Assembly: GCA_013265495.1 (NCBI GenBank)
Contig: MU058824.1
Coordinates: 5,296,691 to 5,360,690 of the forward strand
DNA: 64,000 bases
Reading direction: 5' to 3'
Source: Vicugna vicugna
Lineage: Eukaryota
This document shows positions 13,459 through 34,185 of the stretch, one piece after another. The first letter of the stretch is position 1. Every line of letters starts with the position of its first letter. Position numbers and translations under genes: made by a program. The notes under the pieces are model-generated. The model searched no databases. It saw nothing but the letters and a program-made list of their open reading frames with translations, and was not told where the DNA came from.

Positions 13459-16394
13459 AACAGATGGCCCTTTGACGTTCCTGTTGCTAAGTCCTCGAGA
13501 CTCATTGGGTGGGCATGTGCTGCCCTCTAGCGCCTCTGGCTGCTTGCTACACTTCCGCATCGTGTAGTAACCTGCTGGGTGAGCACTGGTGGTCCTGCTG
13601 CCTGACAGTAGCCTGGGCTTCCTGCCCAACTCCCTGTCCAACTCTCGGACCTTAATAAAAATGCTCGTGTATAAAAACGTTACTTCTGAATGACAGCAAC
13701 TGTACTGCTGTGTCCCCAGCACCTGAGACATCTAGGGTATTCACTAGTGTTTCCTGAGAATGAGACACAGCAAAACTCCTTTGTGAGGCCACTGCTGTAA
13801 TATTGTCCCTCCAAAGGACAAAAGCCTCACAGGATTTTTCTTTATAGGGTTATGATACGACTCATGGTACATATGAATTGGTAACTGTGAACAATTATCT
13901 GAAGAAATTCTGCTATTACAACAGTTGCAGTGCTGTAGCATTATCATGGAATCAGGGTCCGGCTTTAGCAAGTTTTCTAAAAACAGATGAATCTGAATCT
14001 TTTATCCTTTTGTGTAGTCCTCCAGAGTCCACGGAGGCCTTTGTTGTCCTTCATCTCCCTTGTTTGCTGTTCACTGTAAACCATGAGGCAGGAAGGGCAA
14101 ATGTGAAGGTCCATGCACATATCATTAAAATGACTATGTGTTCATTATGTGAAGGTGACCTTGTTTAAGAAGATGCTGATCCCACTGTCCTATCCACACA
14201 AGTACCCTCCATCAGTGGGTACCAAATCAATAAATAAGCCTGTACTAAAGGCCTACTCTGCACAAAGGTGTAAGATTGTCTTTGACTCTTAACTCCTCAG
14301 CTCTGAGACAGAGGAGCAAGGGCTTGGGAAATTGCTGTAGAGGAGTTTGCAGCAGATGGTTTTTTATGGCTTAGCGGGATGACAGTGGCTATGGATTATC
14401 TGTAAGGAAATAGTATTCTGGTTGAAGCTGGTGCCTAGTTTGCCAAATTTGATGATTTTGTCTGGGGCAAGAGGTCAGGCTAGTAGGAGCCTGAGAACTG
14501 TTGCAGCAGCAGCTACAGGAAGCAGGAGCTGGTTGGGTAGGAATAATAACAGTAATAAAAGATTCAAGCCACTTTTTAGGTATCTTGACCTGCTGCTAAA
14601 AAGCTGATGCAAGCTGCTTTTTACTTGATTATTGTTAACCTGTCATTCAGTGCTCTTTAGTTGGAAAAGTCTTCTCATTCCTGTATTATGGAACTTAAAA
14701 GTTCAGGAAGGATGTCAAATGGCTCAAATTCATCCCATCATCAGCGTGAGACTCTTCAGTTATTTTAAATGTAAGGATCTGTTTTGTTTTTATTTTGTTT
14801 TATTAAAAAAGGACATTTAAGAAAAACATTTACTAATCCATTTCTTTGCAAAATTTTCTGAATATTATTCCTCATAGATGGTAAAAAAAAAACCCTCATG
14901 CTAATGATTGGTGTGTTTTTTGCCTTTTGTTTTTTAAGTTGTGGTAAAATATACTCAACATAAACTTTACTATTTTAACCAGTTTTAAGTGTCCATGTCA
15001 GTGACATTAAGTATGTTCACAGTGTTGTGCAACCATCACCACTGTCGATTTTCAGAACTTTTTCATCATCTCATACAGAAACTTTGTACCCATTAAATAA
15101 CTCCCTATACCTCTCTTTCCCAGCTTCTAGTAAGGCTGGTTCTGTATTCAATTTTTAATAAGGTGGATTCTTGATTGTGAATCAATCTTGTCTTTAAAAC
15201 TAGATTTTTAAGTGTCTTGAGAACAGGCAGGTTACAAAAACACAAAACACCTCAAATGTTTTTGTACCTTCGACACTGTCCAGCTTAGGGATGAGCACAG
15301 ATCGTTGGCTCACCACACCTGTTCAGTGGTGGACTGGATGCTGGAGGAAGGATCAAATAGCCTCTTCGGAGGTTTTTAGCTGAAGAATTTGGGGACTGTG
15401 GGACCACTCTCATCAGGCAAGAACTTCTTAAGAGATTCAGAAATCTTGGAGTTTTGGTGGCATATCATAGTGTCAACAGGGACCACGAAATTAACATTAA
15501 TACGTGAATCAGTGGACATAAAGGTGGTTGGTACTGAGGTTGAACAGGAAAAAGCTTGCCCTACCTGAAGGTGTTCAAACAGATTTTCATAAACATTTCA
15601 TCTAAACACTGGTGGATTCAACGAAAGAGCCCCAAGTTTGTGGCCCTTAATCGAAAGTCTTGCCAAGTTGGGGAGGGTATAGCTGAAACCTAATTTTCTC
15701 CCCTCTTCCCACCTCAGAAAAAGTCTTACCAATAATTCATCTCCATGAATAGGCAGGATGCTAATAAGAGCTGTAAAGTCCTTTCTGGAAACTCTTAACT
15801 CCAGAAGTGAGCCTCTTTCACATGCCTTCATGGATGGCACTACTTACAGTTTCTTCCCATCTATCTTAAGTGAAACCACAAAGACTGGGAAGACTCCTTT
15901 AACTGTTAGAAAGTTATTTAAAAGACTAGAAGCTATGTTCTTTCCTTGCCACATTAGACATGATCTTTTTTCTGAACCTCTTGATACTGATCACCTATTG
16001 CTTATGACATCAGCACCATCATTTTCTAACACTTAACAAGACAATGTATGCCCTGTCCTCTTGTGTGTTTTCTAGTTGTCTTCCCATTACAGGTGGTATA
16101 GTTCATGGAGCTCCTCTGACCTAGCCACTCTCCCTCTTTTAGGGCGTGCAGTGTACACAGAGACTCAGTTATCTGGGGATAGATGCCAGACTGTTATCGA
16201 AAAGAGGAAGGCTGAGTCGTCAGGGTACAGAGAATAGAGAGAGCCTGAAAGACTGTATGCATTCTGTGACCTTGGCACCTTTAGGCTTAGACTCTACGAC
16301 CATACAGACTACCAGACACCCTCATCTGAATACCATGTCACGTGTCCAGCTCCTGGACAAATGAAGGGCTGTGATACTATGCATGACTTGGGAG

Positions 16395-16419
16395 ACAGGA
16401 GGGCTTTGTGATGCAGTCT
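16395..16419 (+). promoter_or_regulatory. Putative proximal promoter/5' element conserved between paralogues
   Basis: ACAGGAGGGCTTTGTGATGCAGTCT is identical at 48783-48807, about 130-150 bp upstream of each ATG, inside otherwise diverged homologous flank. Confidence 0.4.
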
Positions 16420-16495
16420 AGTGGTCTGGTTCTGTCCTCTGTGAGGCAGAGATGACAGGTCTAGAATTTGTAGGCATTAAGTTCTAAGATCCTGA

Positions 16496-16525
16496 AAGCC
16501 TAGGAAGCCTAGGAAGCCTAGGAAG
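16496..16525. repeat. 9 bp tandem repeat (AAGCCTAGG) x3.3
   Basis: Directly visible 26 bp upstream of the ATG; absent from the paralogue. Confidence 0.9.
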
Positions 16526-16547
16526 AGTGATGGCTCATGAAGTTTAG

Positions 16548-23722
<7,175 letters not shown>

Positions 23723-25255
23723 ACTTCTGCATCCTCCTGAAAAAGGCCGTCATCATCATTTCCATTAATATGCAGGTGAGGCAGGACCCTCTCCAAATAT
23801 ACTCAATACCTCTAAGCAAAGAACCACCTGTTTGTGCCTCTCATTTTCAATGTGGTGTGTGAGGGAGAGAGTAGAGGAGGTAGATTATATTTCCCATATG
23901 GTAGGGAATCTTAAGCCCATATTTTAGATAGGTCAGCATTCTACACAACTCTTTCAGTTCCACCCTGGACTGTGGATAAAGGGATTTGAGCAGAGAAGGA
24001 AGACCCTCATCTAAGGTTCATTGAAGGTAAAAATCAGGCCTGACTTCCATGGCTTTGTATGTTGTCTTTGGGCCCCAGAGGAGCGAAGTGTTCATGGTGA
24101 TAGTACAAAGAAGTGATGGCTGGGAATCTAGTGCATTTTTGACCCAGGGCACAATTCATCAGTAACTCTATATGTGCCCACAATCTGGGGGGAAGGTTTT
24201 TAGAGGAGTGTTACATTGCTCTCTCCTTGAGGAGGTACTTTCTGTGTGTCAAAAGCCTGTAGCTAATATGACCAGACATTAAAAGCAAATGATAGAATCT
24301 CCTCTCTCTGCACCCTGTTGTGTTATTGATTAGATTTTAAGGGGTAAATCATCTGGGAGCTTGCTGTAGCCCTGTTGCCTGTTTGACCCCCACTGCCTTT
24401 CAGCTGCACGGAATAAATGCCTCCTAGAATGGAGATCAGTTGATGAGAATGTCCCCAAAAGAGTCACAATATAAATGACTTGGAGGGCATCCTGCATTCA
24501 ACAATGAACATATTTGAGTACTTACTGTGTGCCAGGAACTATGCCAGACACAACAGTAACCTAGACACAGGCCTTGCCTCCACAGGAAGCCTGAAAGGAG
24601 AGCAGTTGGTGATAGCGAGTGCAATCAATTCAAGGAGGTTTGTTTCACAGAAGTGCGGAAAAGTGGGGATAGAGCTGTAGGAGGAAGTGGGCCCCAGAGA
24701 GTTTTTTTTTAAAAAAGGCTAGAGACATAACATGTTGGATGTTGACAGAAATGATGCAGTTGAGGAGGGATAAGTGATGATGCGGGAGAAAACGCTGGTA
24801 GTGGTAAATGGTGAGGGAATGGGAACAAATGTCCAAGGCCATCATGGCCTTGGAAAAAGCACAGACACTCTCCTGGTGGTTAATAGAGAGAAGGAAGCAT
24901 TAATGAGGTAAGACTCTGTGTATCAGGAGACAAAAGATTGCTTTCATATGTAAGAGAGTTTGGGCAAAGACTCAAAAGGGTAAGTGAATTTCTGGGAAGA
25001 TACCAGGGCTGGGGGTGGAGGGAGTGGTATGGAGAAGCAAAGTTGAAAGCAGAGGTGGAGATGGATTCTGGAAGTTACCATGGCAAGTTTCTACTGGGGC
25101 CTAAGTTGTTGGTGGCCAACTGAGAGCCCAGGTGGGTGTAAAAAGGTGGTCAAATGTCCTCTTGGAACACTGGAGCAGCAAGAAAGATCACAGAGAAACT
25201 CTGGACGCACAGAACATGAAGGAAAGGATGGGGCTAGGGACAGAGACAGGGGGCA

Positions 25256-25789
25256 GGTATGGCACCCTGGTGTTCAGCTAGGGATGAGGGAGTTTGGGGG
25301 TGGGAGGACAGAGCTGGGAAGCAGAAAGACAGAGAGGCTGCCCTGAGTGGATGGGAGGGACCTCTGTTCTGGACACCTCATTTCTCCCAGAAGGTGGCAC
25401 CTCTGCATTCCCACCTTCTGACCTACCACAGAGTTGCTGAGAGCCGCAGTAAGGGCGGGAAGTGCTGTGGCTTCCTCATGATGTGGTGTGGGGGCCTGTG
25501 GGATGCCCCCGCCTCCCTGTTTCCTGAGGAAACCCAGGATGACTCCACTTACCATCAAACGAGGAGGTGGGGGCAGGAATCTCTTCCTCTGATAGGAACC
25601 AGCACTTAGCACAAAGTGTCCACTGCTAGCAGGATGCAGAGAAGCCCAGGTGAGAGGAAGCATGAATGTGTCCCTCCTCTGAATGTTGATTCTGTGCCTA
25701 AGGGGTGTGGGCCCAGCCCTTGTTGTGGTCTCCAGGGCGAGGAGGCATGAGGCCCAGGTGTGCTGAGCCACCCCCTCCAGGTGTTTTCC
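25256..25789. repeat. Non-coding block duplicated at 58290-58823 (near-identical), part of the gene duplication unit
   Basis: Direct comparison shows only scattered substitutions over about 530 bp. Confidence 0.9.
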
Positions 25790-26524
25790 CCAAAGATCAT
25801 AGGAGGTCTTGTGACAGGCACATCTTCCCTGTCTGGCGGGAGCTGGGTCGAGAGCTGCATAGGAGGGTGCCCAAGAGAAAGAATGTGACTCTGAAGGGTC
25901 ACAGCAGCATCAGGTGGGAAGTTGAGGTTAATGTGTGCATATCCTGGCTTAGGGGAGCAGTTCCTTCCCGTGGCCCCCCTTAGGCTTCCACCTGCTCCAC
26001 ATTTCTGTTACAGAAATTTCAGACAACTGACCATCATGGTTGCTTGTCTTGTACCTGCTCACTGCACCCTAGCAGGAAGGTCATAGAATATGCTGAGCTA
26101 AGAAGTGAGTTGTGAGACTTCATCTCCTTGCTCTTCCTCAATCCTGTCACGCCAGCCTCTTGCCAGCAGGGCACTGAGACTCCATGAGCAGGAACCAAAA
26201 CTCGATGCCCTGCTAGAGTTCCCAGCCTGTTGGAGATGCTCAGACTCAAGGGCTCAGTTATCTCTGCTTGTCCACTCAAATTCTCGTCCCTTTCCTTTGT
26301 GGGTCTTTGAGTAAAACATCCCCTGCCCCTAAATTCCCACATCTTCTGACTCACATCCTCCTTCCACAGCCTCATCTCTATCCTGACTGACTTTACCATT
26401 GTCACCCTATGCTTGTCCCTGCCTGTCCAGGCTGTCCCTGGAAAGATGTTAATAATGTATGAACATAGTAGTGGAAAAAAGCAACTTACTAACATATTTG
26501 TGTTACACTTTCATTTAAAAATAA

Positions 26525-28660
26525 TATTACTAGAATATTTTAAAGAGCTGTTTTAGGTTTGCAGAAATATTAAGCAATAAGTACAGAGTTTTCATATACT
26601 TTCTCATCCTTGGTCACATACACAGTTTCCCCTCTTACTAACATCTTGCATTTAGCATGGTACATTTGTTGAAAATATAAGACAGTACCATTAAGTTATT
26701 ATTAACTAATGTTCATAGTTTACATTAGGGTTCACTCTTTGTGTTATACATGCTATGAGTTTTGACCAGTGTATAATGACATGTACCCACCATTATAGTA
26801 TCAGAAGAGTTTCATTGCCCTAAAAATCCTTTTTCCCCCCACCTAGTTATCCCTTTCTCCCTTACCCCAAACACCTGGAAACCACTGAACTTTAAAAAAA
26901 ATTGCGGCAAAATACATATACCATTTTAACCATTTTTAAGTGTACAATTCAGTAACATTACGTACATTCACAATGTAGTAAATAACCATTACCACTATCT
27001 ATTTTCAAAACTTTTTCATCAACTCAAGCAGAAACTCTGTACCATTAAACAGTAAGTCCCCATTTCCTTCACCCTACCCCAGAACCTGCTAACCTCTATT
27101 CTACTTTCTGTGTCTTACCACTTTCCTTATTTTAGATACTTTGTATAAGTGGAGTCATAAAATATTTGTCCTTTTGTGTCTGGTTTATTTCACTTAGCAT
27201 AATGCATTCAACATTCATCCATGTTGTAGCATGTATCGGAATTCAATTACTCTTTATGGCTAAATAATATTCCATTGTATGTATATATTGCATTTTGTTT
27301 ATCCATTTATCTCTTAATGGACATTTGAGTTGTTCCCACCTTTTGGCTATTGCAAAAAATGTTGCTATTGAATTTTGGTGTGCAAGTGTCTGTTTGAGGC
27401 CCTGCTTTCAATTCCTTTGGGTATATACCTAGGAGTGGAATTGCTGGATCATATGGTAATTTTATGTGTAACTTTCAGAGGAACCACTGCTAAATTGTTT
27501 TCCACAGCAGCTGTACCACTAGCAATGCACAAAGTTCCAGTTTTTCCACATCCTCACCAACTCTTGTTTTGTTTTTGTTTTTTTAAATAATATCTCATGG
27601 GTTTGGAATGGTAGCTCATTGCGGTTTTGATTTTCATTTCTCTAATGATTGATGTTGAGCATCTTTTCATGTGCTTAATAGTGATTTGCATATCTTCTTC
27701 AGAGAAATGTCTGTTCAAGTCCATTACTCATTTTTGATTTGGAGTTTTTGTTTGTAATTTGTTGACCACTGATCTTTTTATTGTTTCTGTAGTTTTCCAG
27801 AAAATTGTATAGTTGGAATCATATAGTATGTAGCCTTTTCAGTTTTGCTTCTTTCATTTAGCAATAGGTATTTCCTCCATATCTTAAATGGCTTGATAAC
27901 TCATTTCTTTTTAATGCTAAATAATATTCCATTGTATAGATTTACCACAGTTTGATTATCCATTCGCCTATTGAAGATATATTTGTTGCTTCTAAGTTTT
28001 GCAATTATGAATAAAGCTATTATAAAAATTTGTGTGCAGGTTTTTTAATGCACATAAATTTTCAATTAATTTGGGTAAATAGAAAGAAATAGAATTGCTG
28101 GATCATATAGTAAGAGTATGTTTAGTTTTGCAAGAAACTACCACACTGTCTTTTAAACTGGCAGTACATTTTGCATTCCTACCAGCAATGAATGAGAGTT
28201 CCTGTTGCTTCACGTCCTTACCAGCATTTGGTGTTGTCAGTGTTCTGGAATTTGAATATTCTAATAGGTATATAGTGGTATCTCATAGTTGTTTTAATTT
28301 TCAGTTCTCTATGACATATGATGTTGAGTATTTTTTGATATGCTTACTTGCCAGCATATATCTTCCTTGGTGAGGTGTTCAGGTCTTCCCTGTTTTAAAA
28401 TTGGGTAGTTCATTTTCTTAATGTTGAGCATTAAGAGTTCTTTGTATATTTTGGATACCAGCTCTTTATCAGATATGTGTTTTGCAGAGTTTCTCCACCT
28501 GTGGTTTATCTTTTCATTCTGTTAATAGTGCCTTTTAGAGTGCAAAGTTTTTTAATTTTAACCAAGTCCAACTTAATTTTTTTTCATGGATTGTGCTTTT
28601 GGTGATGTATCTAAAAAGTAATCATCAAACCCAAAGTTGTACAGATTTTCTCATAATCTC
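26525..28660 (-). mobile_element. Nested old L1 3' ends (L1MB/MC-type), antisense
   Basis: GTTTACATTAGGGTTCACTCTT and CCATGTTGTAGCATGTATC motifs, plus ORF2 tail homology. Confidence 0.8.
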
Positions 28661-28990
28661 ATTATTGAAAAAAAGTATATATGTTTGTGTTTTTAATTTT
28701 TTCACTAATCTGTACTTTCTACTTTTCCTACATTGCAAATTAATGACATACTTCATTATATAATCTTTGTAAATCCCAGGGTTGGCAACATGGTGGCTTC
28801 TTTAATTTTACAAATAACATTCTGTGACCCAGATGACATAGCTTTACTGCTCTAGGTTCAGTTTCCCTGGTTTCCCTGTCTATCAGTGAGTATTGGAACA
28901 GAGAGTCACCGAGTTCCCTTTCTGTCATAAACATATAGAATGATAATGTTTATTTTCAAATTCTTTTAAAAGTTCATGGACTTAATTGCA

Positions 28991-29053
28991 GCATCTAGCC
29001 ATGGGGCATCCAGCCACGGGGCATCCAGCCATGGGGCATCCAGCCATGGGGCA
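28991..29053. repeat. 15 bp minisatellite (GCATCCAGCCATGGG) x4
   Basis: Four consecutive units with two substitutions in total. Confidence 0.9.
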
Positions 29054-31099
29054 GGGGAGGAGTATGTGTGTATGTGTAAACTTTCTTTAGACCATTCACC
29101 TAGGAATTTCTTGAAGTGCAAGGCTGGGTCTTAGTCTGCAGACACTGCCCACATGCCTTGTGCACACTGGCTGTGCTCTACAGCTAGGTAGGTGAGAAAG
29201 CAAGTCCCCAACTTACAGAGAGAACAGTCACACCACACCAAGAGGGAGAATGCAAAACTGACACCCAACCCCTCACTGCAGACCTTCCTCATGGTTAGTT
29301 ACCATTTCCAAGGCCAAGGTGTTTTCCTCAGAAACCTTCTGTGGTATGTTTTGCACATTTTTTAACTGTGACCCATAGTAAGAAATGTAGTTTATGATGT
29401 GACCCTGTACACACATAGTTATAAACATGTATTCATAGATCTATAATTAAACCCAAAGTTTTGTGAAACAATCCTAATTTTACCACATGTGGTGCTCCCT
29501 GATATTTTCTATCCTCTCTGTCCTACTTCATTAAAGCAGTCCTAATACTGACTCTCTGAAATGACTTCATGACTTCCTAATGGGTTAGGGTCAGCACTTG
29601 TAATCTGAAAAACATAGCCTTAGAATCATTATACATTTTTGATTAGGAAACTACACTTTTGTCTTTTGATTAAAAGATGGTTACCTCTAAAAGACAAGGA
29701 CAACATTGTGGGGTGTAAGGTAAGCTTTCCCCTTGACTGGAGTGATGCAGGAACAGAATTCTCAAGCTTGTCTTAAGAGTCTGTGTGGTTAGAAGTTCTA
29801 GCAGATCTGGACTGCTGCTAATATACCTCTGACTGAAGAAAACCCTGCTGTATACTAGAGGCCGATCATCTATAAAGAGGCACATATGTAAAGAAGTAAT
29901 TATTTGTGCACTGTTTATAACAACATGGACAGGAGGTGTAGAGCAGTGATTCTTAAATGATGAACTGGCTGGATCCTAGGTAGATCGGAAGTGTATGTAA
30001 GAAATGCTGGAAAGTGCTGGGGGATGAGTGGATTGAAGAAGCATACCCATTACAGTATATGTATTTATGTTTGGAAAACAAATATTAAAAAGCTATTTTT
30101 TTTTGGTAACATAGACTACAAAACAGCAAAAGCTTACAGTATCTTCTTGGTTTTTGGAGATGCATAGAAGGTACTAGCTCTCTAGTTTTGGAAAGCCCCC
30201 TCCCAGAAGTTGTATCAAAAGTTTTAGGGAGCAGCTGTAGGATTTTTATGTTAAAAAATTTAGAAACACTGTTCAAAGGCCTGGAATAAATATACTTGAA
30301 AATTAATTTTTTCAAGAATGATTCCTTGGAGGAAAATCAATGATACATATTTGGTTCTTACTGACTTTTTCAGACAACACAATAAGAGTTATTGAACAAG
30401 AGCCAACCAATTAGGAGGGTTACTGTGTAAGTGAAATGACTCATTAACAGTATATCAGCAAACTAACCACAGGCACCTCCTAATACACTGTAGTCTTGCT
30501 ACCATGATTGTTCTCTAAGGATAACAAAAATCGCTATTAAACCACTCAATTGTTAATCATGTCATTGCAGTGGTTTTGGAGTCTGTCTTTAGAGGACTTT
30601 AATGAACTAAAGCTGACATCCACCAGTAAACCAAACAAATCACCCTTAAACACACCCAGATGAAAACACCGTAACACTTCCCAGCCCTAACCACGAACTC
30701 TAAGAGCACTTCTGTTCCTTTCACCTGAGGCAGCTCCATTTTCTTGGCCAATTTTTTTCTCTCTAAAGACAGAAAATGTAAAGTACAACCTTAAAAAGAG
30801 TACATCACAATCCAAACAAGAATCCCAAGTCATTTTAAATTGATGTGGCTTTGATTCTGAGAGTAAACTGTGAGGCACAACAGAAATAGGCTTAATGAAT
30901 GAGGCCAAAACCTTTAATGGTTAGTGGAGGAGACAAACCTGTGTACAAAAGACACCTTGATTAAAAGTGAGCATTCCTAGATACCAGTGAGCATCAAGTG
31001 TTTGAGAAATAAACAGAGTCAGCTCTGATTTCCAGAGAAATGAGGGGTAGTGGTTAGTAAAAGGTAAAAACGAGTGTTTGGGAAGTCCAAACTAATATA

Positions 31100-31660
31100 A
31101 TGAGACATAAAAAAGGAAATAAAAGGTATAAAAACTGGGAAGGAAGATATCAAACTGTTTTTGTTCACAGGTGACATGACTGTCTATGTAGAAAATCCAA
31201 AAGAATTAACAAAACTGGAACCAGTAAGCGATTATAACAAGGTTGCAGGATACAGGGTTAACATACACAGTTTTATTGCTTTGCTATATAACAGTAATGA
31301 ACAAGTGGCATTTGAAATGAAAAACAATCCCATTTGCATTAGCATCTCTAAAAGTTACTAGGTATAAATAAGACAGAATATATATAAGATATATAGGAGG
31401 AAAATGACAAAACTCTGATGAACGATATCAAAGAAATACCAAATAAATGGAGAAATAATCCATATTCAAGGAAAGGAAGGCTTATTATTATTAAGATGTC
31501 ACTTCTTGCCAATTTATCTATAGATTCAATGCAGTCTCAATCAAAGTTTCAGCAAATTATTTTGTAGGTATCAACAAACTGAGCCTAAAGTTTATATAAA
31601 GAAAACAAAAGACCCAGAATAGCTAACTCGAGTTTGAAGGAGAAGAACAAGTCAGAGAGA
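31100..31660 (+). mobile_element. L1 ORF2 (RT region) fragment
   Basis: Peptide LFTGDMTVYVENPKE...YNKVAGYRVNI, a degenerate FADD motif region. Confidence 0.85.
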
Positions 31661-34185
31661 CAAAAAGGGGGACAAAAAGGTATATCTAATAGAGCCATCT
31701 GGCTCTCTGAACTAGAGGAAATCAGATGATAGCATGAATCTTTCCCAGGTACTGCTGCAGCCAAAAAGCTGTCTAGATGTGTCTGTAAGGTAGTAAGATA
31801 CATGTGGTAAGTTGGGTTGTGTGTGTATGTATGCACAAAGCATATATTCTCTGCAGAGAACTTTATAAGGGCAAAGTTGTGGTGTGTGTGTGTGTGTGCT
31901 CTGCAGCAGGGGAAGGGAAAGGGAATCAGAAGGCTGTTTCGGAACCTCTCTCTGCAGGGAAAAGCTGCTGAGAAAGTCTGAGGAGCAGCCTCCTATCAGC
32001 AGCGACCAGAGGTGTCTCGTCCTGCTACGTTAAATGCAGGTGTAAAAGACGAGCTTTTGCTTTCAGTTGGTTCTTGACGTGAGAGTGACAGCTGTTTGGA
32101 AAAGATTCAAAAGTAAGTAACAGTCATCTCCTGAAAAGTGAGAAGGCTTCATTAGGCAAAAACAAAGCAAAAGAAACCTCTGAAAAGGAGGACGGGTGGA
32201 AGCAACCAAAGAGAGTTCCAAAGGTGGGCAAGGAAGCCCCAGCCTTTCTCTGAGATCAGGAGAGAGAGGAAAACAAACCTACATGGCTCTTGATGCCCTC
32301 CACGGAGCATGTGTTGTGTATACCTTTGTGGAATGAATGTTGCATCAATGACTCGGCAACAAGAAAGTTTGAGATCATGGTGTCAGTACCTTTTATTTTC
32401 CTCAGAATGGACCAGAAAGACTGAGCAGACCAAATCTTCAAAACTCAGTTCTAGAAAATACGCAGTCATCAGCTCAACACGTCCATTTTGCTTCCCCAGT
32501 GGTAGAGCCTGAATGGTGAGTCAGGACTAGGAGAGAAGGGCAACACATACAGTAGCTACAGATGATTTCTCTGACCACAGAGGAGACTACAAAATTTTGG
32601 AATTTAGCCAGTTTCCACAACCACAATGATAAGAAAAGACCAAAGTTGCTGAAGTCAAAAGTCCCCTGCATTTATCCTACATTCTGGGGCACTGTGGCCT
32701 GGCCCACAGGAGGGTAGCTGCCCTACAGGCATGTTCGGGAAACTTAAAAATGCATCTCCTCTGTCCTGGCTTTGAGCTGGGGAAATTCAGCATGAGCAGC
32801 ATCTGCACATAAGGGTGAAAATTTTCAGAGTGTTTGATAATTGGCTCCTGGAAACATGTGCCTGGAAGATTGTTTGAGAGCCCCTAGGAAAGCCACATAC
32901 TAATGTAGAAAGTGGAAAACCAGCAGAACCAGGGCCTGTGAAAAAACGCAGAATGCACATACCAACACCAGTGCACATCTGGGTGTTATCAACCCAGATG
33001 AGACTCTGAGCATAACCAAAATAACAAAAAAAGATCTTTTTACCCACTCCACGAGACTCTTGTTCTTTGAGGAAATCTAAGCCCTAAGTGATCTGGCTGA
33101 TCTCCAGTGACTGACTGTTGCTTTAGGAATCGAGTGCCTCACCACAGTGCTTTTGGAGCAGAATCATTTTTAGCCAGAGTCATTTGGCAGTAGCCTGTAT
33201 GCTCCTTTTAGTTTCCACCTCTGTAGATACAGTGTCCCTCTGTTCACCCCCGTTTATACAGTACAGCAGCACTGACTTCAGTCAGCCCAGGAAAACTTGG
33301 CCATCCTAAATTAACTGAATTATTTTGGGGTTTCCAAGGACTGAAACCAAGTCTTCCTGGACTCAGTTCAAGAGAATGAGGTGTGAGGGAGGTGCTACTG
33401 TTGTTTAATATTAACTGAAATTTCCCAAAGCTCTAATAAACCTGAGGACAAAATTATGGCATGATCTTTAGCCCCTGGAGGACTGGGATGAGTCTTCATG
33501 AAAAGCTACATGGCTGGCTTCCCACAGAAGCAGAGCAGCAGTTAAGGAGTAGCACACCGTCAGTGCTTGGCTGGTGTGACTGCACTTAGCCTGCAGAGCT
33601 TTCCAGCAAGATGGAGAGACACTCCCTGTTCTCCATTCTGGGCCCCTGAAGCACAGATTCATCCCTATTTGTGCACTCATTACACCCTATTTATCACCAT
33701 TCACTTGTTCGTTGATTCTACAGATATTTGTTGAGTGCACTAGTTTGTGACAGGCACAGATTAGCCTCTCAATAAATGTTGGTAAATGAATAAATGGAAC
33801 CTACTCACCCTATAGAATGCAGTGTGTTTATGTATGTTTAGGGAGCATTATTGGAGGATTTTTAAAAAAGGTATTGCATAAGTTAAATCCTATAAGATGA
33901 TTAAGAGTTTCCAATATGGTAAAGGAAGAAGAGTTATTCCAGAAGGAGATAAAAGTACACACAAAGGCAGGTGCATAGATCTACAGGGACCCTACTGTGA
34001 CTTAGACAAAGTGAAAACAGACTGGATGCTAGGTAGAAATAGGCAAGGAAACCTGCTTTCATATAGGATTATCAGTACAAAGAATTGATTGGAAACAGTA
34101 AGCTTAAAGTGATTAGAAGGAAATATGTCCTTGGATTTCAGGAATTAAAAATAAACCGACCTAGAGAACTGCATTTTCTGAGACC

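Noticed and set aside
15560..15700. Exon-like segment on the minus strand
   Set aside because: Weak acceptor and stops in all three frames.
25259..25983. Overlapping ORFs (116-165 aa) in the duplicated downstream block
   Set aside because: No recognisable protein. ORF lengths differ between the copies, and similarity is explained by DNA-level duplication.
28991..29053. Short repeats as a CRISPR-like array
   Set aside because: No spacers, contiguous units, and mammalian DNA.
29944..30271. Possible hAT MITE with CAGTG...CACTG ends
   Set aside because: Imperfect inverted repeats and no target-site duplication; family could not be assigned by eye.
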